Origin: Octopus vulgaris
Taxonomy: Eukaryota
Direction: 5' to 3'
Assembly: GCA_951406725.2 (NCBI GenBank)
Contig: OX597834.1
Span: 29,698,001-29,762,000, forward strand
DNA length: 64,000 nt
The notes beneath the pieces were generated by a model, which saw only the letters and a program-made list of their open reading frames with translations, did not search any database and was not told where the DNA came from. Shown in pieces: positions 25,690 through 36,905 of the stretch (positions are counted from its first letter, which is position 1; every line of letters starts with the position of its first letter). Position numbers and translations under genes: made by a program.

Positions 25690-26250
25690 ATCATAAAGTA
25701 AGATAGATGTATCATTATAAGCCAAGATAGTTATGTCGTTATAAACCAAGATAGCTATATCATCATAAACTAAGATAACTATCATCATAAAATTGTAGGA
25801 TAATTGTATTTTCATAAAACAAAATTGCTATGTCATTGAAAAATACAAATTTAAATCATCATAAGCTTAGACAGTTATATTATCATAAACTATGTTAGCT
25901 ATAGTGTCATAAGTCAATATAGTTATATAATCTTAAACTAAAATAGCTAGAGCATCATAAGCTAAGATAGTTATGTCATCATAAACTAAAATAGCATCAT
26001 CATCATAAAATTAAATAAATGTATTTTCACAATGTTGTAATAGTATATCATTAAAAAAAATGCTAAATCACAATAAACTAAGACAGCTATTGCATCATAA
26101 ACTAGTATCATAAAATGCCATAATTGTTTTACCTCAAAACAATATTGTTATATAAGAAATCAGTTATATCATCATCAACTAAGATGCCTAAATCATCATA
26201 AACCAAGGTAACTATATTATCACAAAGTAACTGTACTATCATAAAACAAT
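25690..26250. repeat. Degenerate ~24-bp minisatellite (consensus ~ATCATAAACTAAGATAGCTATATC); resumes at ~26965-27090
   Basis: Consecutive units TCATAAAGTAAGATAGATGTATCA / TTATAAGCCAAGATAGTTATGTCG / TTATAAACCAAGATAGCTATATCA, and so on. Confidence 0.8.
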
Positions 26251-26286
26251 ATTACTAAATCATATTTATGTATGTATGTATGTATG

Positions 26287-26375
<89 letters not shown>

Positions 26376-26642
26376 TTATATATATATAATTCTGAAACTG
26401 TATGGTCGACAGACATTGCTTTGTGCTGGGTGGGGGTGCTAACTTCTCCATGTTCAAAAATACAAGGCCACGGATTGTGTGTCTTATAGCCAGCTGGAGA
26501 CGATGTCTCCTGGGGCTAAACAACAGTAGCATTCACCCCAAAGGGGACTGCCACATTAGGATGGCAAATAATCATTGCTATATATATATGTGTGTGTGTG
26601 TGTGTGTAAGGTGTATATATATATAAATATATATATATATAT

Positions 26643-26845
26643 AAAGTTAATCCAAACAAGAAAACAAAAAGACAACAACGCGAGGATGTGGAACAAATAA
26701 AGTATTATTGGGCGCTCAGGAAAGAAGGGAAGAAGGAGAGTATGATGTTTCGAGCGGAGCTCTTCGTCGGAAACACAGGAGAAAGAAAGATCCCGAGGTG
26801 GGAGGACAGAGGGAAAAAAATGCAAGTGGTCTCCACGAGGTCACA
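26643..26845 (-). mobile_element. PLE fragment copy 2 with a decayed hammerhead (26740-26774)
   Basis: GUUU CCGACGA A GAGCUCCGCUC GAAA CAUC AUAC: U4->C core change, CpG-type loss in stem III and one stem I mismatch. Confidence 0.7.
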
Positions 26846-27702
26846 TATATATATATATATATTTGTATATATATGTATATATATATTTTTTATTTAACAT
26901 ATATATATTATTTGGAGTGTGCAGTATTATATACAGTACACTTTCCAGAGATAAAAGAAAAAGACATCTGCATCATCAGAAGCTAGTCTAGTTATATTAT
27001 CGTCATAAAATAATGGAAAACTATATTCTTATATCGTAGAGATTATAGATATAGATTTATAATCAAAAACAGTTATATCATAAGTAAAGTAGCCAGTTAG
27101 AAAATCTCTAATTAGTATAAGCACCAATAGCCTGAAAGTAAATGGTCTGGTAGAGCTATTATTGCTGGAAGGCAGTGAGGGTTCACTCCCCTGCTTGCGA
27201 TATACATCGAGTGCAGATATCAGCAATAACCAGCTAGGGTTAAAAACAGTTGTAAAGTCTGTTGCTACAGGACAGCCAAGCTCTACTTTTTTCTTTAATT
27301 CACAGTTGAGTGGTTTGTGGTATTAAGGGCATCCAGCTGTAAAACAATTGCTCCAGTGAAGCAATCTATTCAAAATAAATCTATCTTTAAAATACATTGA
27401 TGCTGCTATTGTTTAACTCCAGGTCAGCACGGATGGATCAAACCTATGATTAAGGCTGTTCCAAACACGACACTCATTTGCTTTTGTCCAGGGCCACTTA
27501 TTCAATTTGTTGTTACATTTTGTTAGGTGTGGTTGATCTGGGGGAGATTTGGCTGCTATTTCTTAAAGATTGAGGGACCCCCACCACAGAGAGGTACATG
27601 ATATAGTGGAATGAGGTGGTTATAATATTTAAAATGAATATGTTTATAACCTAATAAAGATTTGTACCATAGGCTGCAAGCATTAAAAAGTTCTTAGACA
27701 AT

Positions 27703-28121
27703 AGGCGCTGGAGTGGCTGTGTGGTAAGTAGCTTGTTTACCAACCACATGGTTCCGGGTTCAGTCCCACTGCATGGCATCTTGGGCAAGTATCTTCTGCG
27801 ATAGCCCCAGGCCGACCAATGCCTTGTGAGTGGATTTGGTAGACGGAAACTGAAAGAAGCCCGTCGTATATATGTATATATATATATGTGTGTGTGTGCA
27901 TGTGTTTGTGTGTGTGTTTGTCCCCCTAGCATTGCTTGACAACCGATGCTGGTGTGTTTATGTTCCCATCACATAGTGGTTCAGCAAAAGAGACTGATAG
28001 AATAAGTACTGGGCTTAAAAAAAGAATAAGTCCCGGGGTCGATTTGCTCGATTAAAGGCGGTGCTCCAGCATGGCCGCAGTCAAATGACTGAAACAAGTA
28101 AAAGAGTAAAGAGAGAGAGTA
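27703..28121 (+). mobile_element. SINE family A, full length
   Basis: Colinear with 13446-13857. Confidence 0.92.
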
Positions 28122-28204
28122 ATAGTTCACACTTAAATTGAGTATGATATCCTCAACCGAAACAGTTAACTGGTACATTAATTTATAAATTCCAGAAGAA
28201 TTTT

Positions 28205-28445
28205 CATTCATTCATCACTTAGTGTCCGCTTTCCCATGCTGGCATGGATCAGAGGGAATTTGTTGAGGCAGATATTCCATGGACAAATGCCCTTCCTGTT
28301 ACCAACCCTTGCCTGTTTCCAAGAATAGGAATACTTTTCCAAGATCAAACATATTTTTCAGGGAAGACAAGAAGCAAATGCCATTGTTTGTATCCTGGTG
28401 ATGCTCATTTACAATCATCGCATGATGTCAAGACAAGGGGGCACA
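28205..28445 (-). mobile_element. RTE-tailed SINE body (same body as 23200-23470)
   Basis: GTCCGCTTTCCCATGCTGGCATGG...TGCCCTTCCTGTTACCAACCCTTGCCTGTTTCCAAG...GATGTCAAGACAAGG. Confidence 0.6.
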
Positions 28446-28569
28446 CAATGAGACACAGAAAGAGATTCTCTATGAGACACATGAAGAGACACACAAAGAG
28501 AGGCACAGTGAGACACATGAAGAGGCACGCAAAGAGAGGCACAATGAGACACACGTACAAGCATTCGTA

Positions 28570-28963
28570 TACTCTTTTACTCTTTTACTTGTTTCAGTCA
28601 TTTGACTGCAGCCATGCTGGAGCACCGCCTTTAGTCAAGCAAATCGACCCCGGGATTTATTCTTTGTAAGCCCAGTACTTATTCTATCGGTCTCTTTTGC
28701 CAAACCGCTAAGTGACGGGGATGTAAACACACCAGCATCGGTTGTCAAGCAATGCTAGGGGGACAAACACAGACAAACAAACACACACGCACACATATAT
28801 ATATATACATATATACGACAGGCTTCTTTCAATTTCCGTCTACCAAATCCACTCACAAGGCATTCATCAGCCCGGGGCTATAGCAGAAGACACTTGCCCA
28901 AGATGCCATGCAGTGGGACTGAACCCGGAACCATGTGGCTGGTTAGCAAGCTACTTACCACAC
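28570..28963 (-). mobile_element. SINE family A, near full length; followed by an older head fragment at 28985-29117
   Basis: The reverse complement is colinear with 13446-13857. Confidence 0.9.
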
Positions 28964-29740
28964 ACATTTCTGAGTAGCAAACCCACTTTCAAGGCTTTGG
29001 GTCAGCCCAGGGTCATTGTAGAAGACACTTGGCCAGAGCACCAAGTATTGAGCCTGAACACAAGACCACATGGCTGGGACCACAAGCTTCTTATTCACAC
29101 AGCCACACCTATACCTGAGAGTGAAAGGCAACAGTCAACACCAGCAAGATTTGAACTCAAAACAGAAAAGAATATAATTAAATACTTTAAGGTATTTTTT
29201 GCTTGAAACTTCACCGATTCCATTGTCTGCTGTCCTTGTTCATGGAATATTAATATAACAAAATATACCAGTTAACCTTTCTTAATACGATACATGATTA
29301 TGCCATCATGAAATGAAGTAGTCAGTTAATGCTAAGCTAAATTGACATCATTATGTCATTATAAAATATGATTATTAACCATGTTAGCAAGATACAGAAG
29401 ATATCTCTACTATCTTCAACAGATGTGATTAGATCATCATGAAGTTGTTATACTGTAATTGCTATTGTCGTATGTTTGTGAACATATCAATTACACTTAT
29501 AGTATTTGTACTGTCTGAAACTGACATGGTTATATACCAACATAAAATAGGTGCTAAGTACTGTCACATCACTAAATATTGAGAAATGCTTCTTTGGAAT
29601 CCTCATATACTGCATTCCTGGCATCAAAGTTGGTTGATTTCCATTAACCAGGTGTTCTTTTCAAAGAACAAAAAAAAAAATAGTTGTTTTAATTGGTAGA
29701 ATATAAAAGCATTACAAGTTATATATAGATATAGATATAA

Positions 29741-29945
29741 TGGGAAGCTTTATGAAAATAAACAAAAGACGAAGGCAGGTGGAATACAAACAAACAATTG
29801 TATTAGTATGGCGCTCAGGAATATAAATAAAACAAGTCTTTTACGTTTCGAGCCTATGCTCTTCAACAGAAAGATACACAGAAAAGAAACACGGAGAGAA
29901 ACAAGGAGAGAAAAAAAATGCATGCAGAAGCTAGCGAATCAACAT
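29741..29945 (-). mobile_element. PLE fragment (sister subfamily) carrying a hammerhead motif; copy 3
   Basis: Shares TATT..TGGCGCTCAGGA...TTTTACGTTTCGAGC...GCTCTTC..CAGAAA with copies 1 and 2. Confidence 0.65.
29837..29874 (-). ncRNA. Minimal type I hammerhead ribozyme, A6U core variant
   Basis: UCUUU CUGUUGA A GAGC-AUAG-GCUC GAAA C G UA^ AAAGA: 5-bp stem I, 4-bp stem II, palindromic ACGU. Confidence 0.7.
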
Positions 29946-29959
29946 ATAGATATTTAGAG

Positions 29960-30178
29960 TTCACAGATGAGATTCAGAAGTTCTCCATATAGAAGACACT
30001 TAGTAATACCCAAAAGATACAAGCTTAGACATCGATGTCTTTACAGGGGATCGATTCCACAAGGTTAAAGAACGGCTATAAGAGGGATCAAGCTGAGCGG
30101 GTTTAGAGGCAATTATGCAGATAAAACAAATTAGACACATCAAATATATAAAAAATATTAAATACATCAAATCCAAAA
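29960..30178 (+). repeat. Interspersed repeat, copy 2 of 1555-1770
   Basis: See 1555-1770. Confidence 0.75.
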
Positions 30179-30529
30179 TATATATGTATACATGCAAAGC
30201 AAGAGGAAGCAAAAGGTGGAAACCTTCAGATGATGAATTTTTATGTATAAAAACAAAGATATTTATAATAATTGATCCAACTTACTCAAATGACAGAGAA
30301 AATTAAAAGGGGTGGAAAAAAGGTGTTATGAAACCAACAGCTGTTTCTGGGGGCTCAGCATTCTATAATAATGTTGGTAGATTTAGTTCATCACAATATG
30401 TGGCTGTATGGATGCAATTAATATTGGATGAGATGAGCCTCTGTCATCAGGGTGGAGAAAATCTTATATTTCAGATTGCACCTAGAAAATTATCCTGCAA
30501 GGTACGAGTCCAGGCAAGGTTGTTTGTGC

Positions 30530-30724
30530 AAGACCGGCAGATAGCTCATCCATGCAGCTTGGCACCAGTGACATCACAACTCATTTCTACAGCTGAGTGA
30601 ACTGGAATGATGTTGAAATAAAGTTTCTTGCTCAAGAATACAACATGCAGCCCAGCTAAGAATCGAACTCACTACTTCAGTACTTCACTACTATGAGCCC
30701 AATGTTCTAACTACTGAGCCACAT
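30530..30724 (-). mobile_element. tRNA-derived SINE head/CORE (family B-like)
   Basis: Reverse complement GTGGCTCAGTAGTTAGAAC...GAGTTCGATTC...TTCTTGAGCAAGAAACTTTATTTC...CCAGTTCACTCAGCTGTAGAAATGAGT. Confidence 0.65.
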
Positions 30725-30885
30725 ACACACACACACATTATGTCATCATATCCTATTTTTATGAGGTTGTGCGCTTGTTTATTCCTTTCCTTTGGTCAAT
30801 TCTGTGACTGCCTTGTTTTGATCAGTTAATTACAGAATCAAATGTTTCATTACAATTTTCATTCTTTTCCATTGGTTAATTTATT

Positions 30886-31172
30886 AATATTGTTGCGTCT
30901 GGAGAGTGTCATAGTGCCTTAATATAACACACTCACTGGCTCAATTTCCACTCATTTATTTATTACAGAAAGCTTTAACATTGCTGCATTTGTGACCGTA
31001 TCAATGGATTTTGACTCTGGCAGTCAGAGTCAAAATACATTGGTACAGTTGCAAATGTTGCGACAAAAAAAGCTTTGTGGAATAAATGAATAAATGAATG
31101 GAAATTGAACCAGTGAGTGTGTTATATTAAGTATATTAAGGCACTATGACTCTCTCCAGACACAGCAAAATT
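30886..31172. mobile_element. Foldback (whole-element palindrome) MITE-like sequence
   Basis: Arms of ~135-145 bp are reverse complements around a 5-nt loop (31020-31024), e.g. GTCTGGAGAGTGTCATAGTGCCTTAATAT / ATATTAAGGCACTATGACTCTCTCCAGAC. Confidence 0.8.
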
Positions 31173-32081
31173 TGTTTCAACACACAAATTCACTTCAGGA
31201 ATCTTGCAAGCCAGATGCAAAAGTGAATTTGTTAATGGCTATCTTCTTTTTTTGTTTGTTCCATTCGCATTGGCAACACCAGGCTCCCATTGCTAATTCT
31301 ACTACTGTTATGTCGTTGATATATTTAGGTTACTTTTGGGTAATCCTGTACTCCCTTCTTTCCCTGCCCCTTCCTGGCCAACTCTGAGAGGACCTATGCT
31401 ACATATACATAATTCAACCTGTTAGTGCTCAGTCCTGGAAAAATTTAAAAATTTCAAAAAGTAAGAGTTGACACAGAGGTAACTCAAAAGTAAGGGTGGT
31501 TTTTGCAAGATTTAAAGTCAGTCTTTAGAGAGCTGGAAAATGTTCTGCAAGGTACAACAGGCAGTCTACAAGACTTGCCTTTTATCTCTTGTAGGTCTGT
31601 ATGTGTAAAACTGAAATAATATTTGTGTATACAGTTTGAGATTTATGTATCAGAATTTCATATACTTTGGACTTTTGAAAGTTTGGGAGGAGTTTGAAAT
31701 TCACACAGACAAGTCCTGTGGAGTGCTTATATATTTGATTCCCTAACAACTCTGCCAGTTTCTTGCTTTTGTCCATATCAATAATCTTTATTTTTCTAAA
31801 TTACAGCATGGAAGGTGTTTATAAGCCACTTAAAACACACAAAACTGTTAGATTCGCTTCAACATTTAAATTTAACTTGCCAAAATATTTTCACTGCTTT
31901 GAGACCGTGACCTGTTCAATGACAAAATTCCATGCTGCATCTGAGAAAATAATAGTTAACACCACTACTAGGCAATTAGTGAAATTAACAGAATAAGTAC
32001 TTACTTGTCCAGCTAAAACCTTCATGATGGTGTCCCAGCATGGTCACCATCTAATGATAGAAAGAAAGAAATAAAAGATAG

Positions 32082-32465
32082 ACATGGTTCCGGGTTCAGT
32101 CCCACTGCGTGGCATCTTGGGCAAGTGTCTTATGCTATAGCCCCGGGCCGACCAATGCCTTCTGAGTGGATTTGGTAGACGGAAACTGAAAGAAGCCTGT
32201 CGTATATGTGTATATATGTATATATATATGTGTGTATGTGTGTGTATATATTTGTGTGTCTGGGTTTGTCCCCCTAGCATTGCTTGACAACCGATGCTGG
32301 TGTGTTTACGTCCCTGTCACTTAGCGGTTCGGCAAAAGAGGCCGATAGAAAAAGTACTGTGCTTACAAAGAATAAGTCTTGGGGTCGATTTGCTCGGCTG
32401 AAGGTGGTGCTTCAGCATGGCCACAGTCAAATGACTGAAACAAGTAAAAAAAAAAAATAAAAGAT
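32082..32465 (+). mobile_element. SINE family A, 5'-truncated
   Basis: Begins at ACATGGTTCCGGGTTCAGTCCC, directly after an older decayed tail (31985-32080). Confidence 0.9.
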
Positions 32466-33518
32466 AAAAATTCAAATCCTGTATGAATCAACTTTGTCTT
32501 TCGTTCTTTAAGATTCAATTTATAAGAAACAAATGAAACAAGTCCCTGGATTGGTTCCAACCATTCTCTCTTCCCATTCTCATCATTATTGTTGTTTCCA
32601 TTTGCCAAAGAAAAACAAACAAAAAACAGAAGATTGTGGCCTTGTGTTTATTTTAAATTTTTAGTCATCCACTTCAGCAATTGTAGGCATTTGTTTCAAA
32701 TTATAATTCTTTATTTTTTTTTTTATTTTTCTTTAATGTAATTTCTTCTTCTAACCAATTCTCGCTACTTTTTGGCACCAAAATACTTTGGTCAATTCAC
32801 TATTTTTATTTCCTCACAGTTCCTATCATTTGACATAAAAATTGAAGTGGATCACAATTTTCAATTTAACATAAGATATTGATCAGTTTGATCTAATAAT
32901 CAACCACCAAAAATAAAATAACAAAACTAAAATACACTATAGAATTATTTCTTTAATGTTTAATAAATTTTAAAAACCATGATGAAAGTTAAATTATGCA
33001 ATCACAATTACGTAATTAAAATAATTAATTATGTATATGAGAGCAAATTTATCCGTGCTTTAACGTAATTTAGAAGCTAACATCTTTAGTTGAGAAAGAA
33101 AAAAACCTGACAATTGGAGGCTTGTAATTTTCACTGATCTGGGTCACATCATCTTAGATATACCTAATGGGATAGAAATGCCCTTTTATCAGATTGTCAA
33201 TTTTTTTTATCGCATCATAAATTTTCCAGTAATATTTTCCCTTCTTTATCTATATTTCACATCAGTTTTTTTTTTTTCATGTTTGCATGAGTTGGATGAC
33301 TTTTGTTGAACAATTGCAATTACCATAAAGTAAAATGGGATCCACATTTGTGTGTGTGTGTGTGTGTGTGTGTTTAGCCACACGAAATTTAGATCAAAGT
33401 GCTCAGGAACATTACAGATGATACAGAGTATATCAGAAGTACCAAGACATTTCCTGGTAGCAGCATCACTGCTGTTCAGAAGCGAGTGCTTTCCAGTGCA
33501 TGTATATGTATGTGTATT

Positions 33519-33555
<37 letters not shown>

Positions 33556-33567
33556 TTTATATATATA

Positions 33568-33615
<48 letters not shown>

Positions 33616-33624
33616 ATATATATA

Positions 33625-33838
33625 TACTCTTTACTTTTACTTGTTTCAGTCATTTGACTGTGGCCATGCTGGAGCACCGTCTTTAGTCGAGCAAATCGAC
33701 CCCGGGACTTATTCTTTGTAAGCCCAGTACTTATTCTACCGGTCTCTTTTGCCGAACCGCTAAGTAACAGGGACATAAACACACCAGCATCGGTTGTCAA
33801 GCAATGCTAGGGGAACAAACACAGACACACAAACACAT

Positions 33839-33889
<51 letters not shown>

Positions 33890-34055
33890 TACGACGGGCT
33901 TCTTTCAGTTTCCGTCTACCAAATCCACTCACAAGGCATTGGTCGGCCCGGGGCTATAGCAGAAGACACTTGCCCAAGATGCCACGCAATGGAACTGAAC
34001 CTGAAACCATGTGGTTGGTTAGCAAGCTACTTACCATACAGCCACTCCTGCGCCT
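33625..34055 (-). mobile_element. SINE family A, full length
   Basis: The reverse complement is colinear with 13446-13857. Confidence 0.92.
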
Positions 34056-34074
34056 ATATATATATATATATATT

Positions 34075-34398
34075 TTTTTTTTTCTCATTTCAGCTCAGAG
34101 CTGCAGCCATGCTTATGCACCGCCGTTTTGTGCCACACTGTTATTACTAAGAGCCTCCTCTAATATGTGGCACTTGGTGAAGAATGGAGTTTGATATAGC
34201 TACCCTCATTTGCACCTCTTGCCGTGAGGTAGGTTCATCTGGGACTCTCGACAGGAAGAGGTCCAGCTTTGATTTAAAAACCCCTACATCTACTTTGTGC
34301 AAGTTCCTCAGACTCTTTGGGAGAATATTAAAAAAAGCTGTGGGCCCTTGAAACCCAGGCTGTTGCAGTAACTGGTCCTGAAGCGTGATAGCATATAG
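34075..34398 (-). pseudogene. CR1-clade LINE 3' end (ORF2 C-terminus plus 3'UTR)
   Basis: Translates (one frameshift) YCNSLGFKGPQLF/NILPKSLRNLHKVDVGVFKSKLDLFLSRVPDEP...SNSILHQ, matching the CR1 pattern N.LP...FK..LD.FL. The tail is GGCGGTGCATAAGCATGGCTGCAGCTCTGAGCTGAAA. Confidence 0.8.
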
Positions 34399-34625
34399 TA
34401 ACAGTACTAAATAGTAATGTCTGTTGTCACTTTTTCATGGCTCCTCTATGCAGAATAAATGTTACTACATGTCCACCCCAGACACACAACCTATAAAGAG
34501 ACACAGGTTGTTTGTTGTTAACCAGTGGGAAAAGATGTTTTTCTGGGATTAGCATGTAGTAACATTTATTCTAAATAGAACAGCCATGTAAAAGTGGCAA
34601 CAGACATTACTCTGTGTGTGTGTGT

Positions 34626-35040
34626 GCAGACGTGGGTGTGTGGTAAGAAGCATGCTTCCCAATCACATGGTTCCGTGTTCAGTCCCACTGCGTGGCACCT
34701 TGGGCAAATGTCTTCTACTATGGCCTTGGGTCAACTAAAGCCTTATGAGTGGATTTAGTAGACAGAAACTGGAAGATGTCAGTCGTATATGTATATACTT
34801 GTGTGTGTTGTGTGTGTGTGTGTGTGTGTGCATGCATGTGTTCTCCTCGCCATCACTTGACAACAAATGCTGGTGTGTTCATGTCCCCCATAAACTTAGC
34901 AGTTCAGCAAAAGAGACTGATAGAATAAGTACTAGGCTTACAAAGAATAAGTCTTGGGGTCAATTTCTTCAACCAGAATCCGTTAAGGCAATGCTCCAGC
35001 ATGGCTGCAGTCAGATGACTGAAACAAGTAAAAGAGAAAA
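34626..35040 (+). mobile_element. SINE family A, older subfamily
   Basis: Colinear with 13446-13857, with more substitutions. Confidence 0.88.
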
Positions 35041-35057
35041 TATGTATTTATTGTGAA

Positions 35058-35378
35058 GGTGCATAACTTAGTGGTTAGGGTATTCAGCTCATGATCATAA
35101 GGACATGAGTTCGAATCCTGGCAACACACTGTGTCCGAGAGCAAGACACTTTATTTCACATTACTCTAGTTCATTCAGCTGGCAAAATAGAGTTGTACCT
35201 GTATTTCAAAGGGCCAGCCTTGTCACACTCTGTGTCAAGCTGAATCTCCCTGAGAACTACAATATGGGTACACATGTCCGTGGAGTGCTCAGCCACTTGC
35301 ACTTTAATTTCACAAGCAGGCTGTTCCATTGATCAGATCAACTGGAGCATTCATCGTCATAACCAATGGAGTACCAGT
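35058..35378 (+). mobile_element. tRNA-derived SINE (family B head, distinct body)
   Basis: A box TAACTTAGTGGTTAG, B box GAGTTCGAATCC, CORE-like TGTGTCCGAGAGCAAGACACTT. Confidence 0.7.
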
Positions 35379-35650
35379 GTATTTGTATGTATGTATATAT
35401 TAAATGTACAGTGTGGTTAGAGAGCAGTTTCATCTGGTTAGAGGTTCTGTGGTGGAGTCGTAATATATAACATAGTTATAGCACAGAGTAGAAATGGATG
35501 AGGAAGGGGGGTGACTGGGGAGTGGCTGAGAATGTAGTTTTATGGAATAAACTATGTAATTATCCAAAAGAAAAACATCAAAAAAGAAACAAGAGAAAAT
35601 AGAAAGCGACTTGATTTTTATAAGAACTTAAACATATGTGCGTATGTATG

Positions 35651-35691
<41 letters not shown>

Positions 35692-36308
35692 TATATATAT
35701 ATATATATATATCTATAATATACACACACATACACACACACAGAGGAGCATGTGTACCTGCCTTTCTGCTTCTCTCTCTTTCTCCTCATCTCCCTCTCTC
35801 TCTCTCTCTCTTTATGCATTTATATATGTCCGTATGCATGTATTGAAAGCCATGCCATATTTTAATGTTATTCCTGACTGAAAGTACCCTCTTCAATCAT
35901 ACTGCTATGAAGAAACACCTCCACTCTATGAACCAACCCACTGAGTCTTTGGTTCAATATCTTCAGCTCTCTATGCTGTAATTTCACTCTAATTTTCTAT
36001 CTGTCTTTTAGCGTCTCCTTATTGCATACCTTCTGCATGATTCCTCTTCTGCTGTGCGGTGCATGTTTTTGCGTCAGTGTATGAGAGTACATGTTGGGTG
36101 TATGTTCCATAAATGGCTGTGCATGCTCAAACACACACACACACACACACACACACAACACACAACACACACATACACACAATATGTTGCGCATGGGTAT
36201 GAGTTCTAGTTATCATTGTGTGTGTGCTTTTGTGCAAGTATATAAGTATGCATGTTGAGTGTATGTTCCATAAATGTCTGTGCATGCTCACACACACACA
36301 CACATACA

Positions 36309-36347
<39 letters not shown>

Positions 36348-36639
36348 ACACACACACACATACACATATACACACAATATGTTGCACATGTGTATGAGTT
36401 CTAGTTATCATTGTGTACGTTTTTGTGCGAGTATATAAGTATGCATGTTGAGTGTATGTTATGTTCAACAGGGGTATGCATGTGTGTGTGTGTGCATGCA
36501 TGTGTGTATGTGGGTGTGTGTATGTGTGTGTTTGTATACACACGTCTATGTGGTGTGTTCATAACTTTGATGTTGGTGCATGCTACAATCTGTAAAGACG
36601 TGTGTACGGTTGCAGGTATCTTTGTGTAAGTGTAGTTCA

Positions 36640-36811
<172 letters not shown>

Positions 36812-36817
36812 CATATG

Positions 36818-36852
<35 letters not shown>

Positions 36853-36853
36853 G

Positions 36854-36905
<52 letters not shown>

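Noticed and set aside
25690-26250. CRISPR-like array
   Set aside because: The units are contiguous and degenerate with no unique spacers, the context is eukaryotic, and there are no cas genes.
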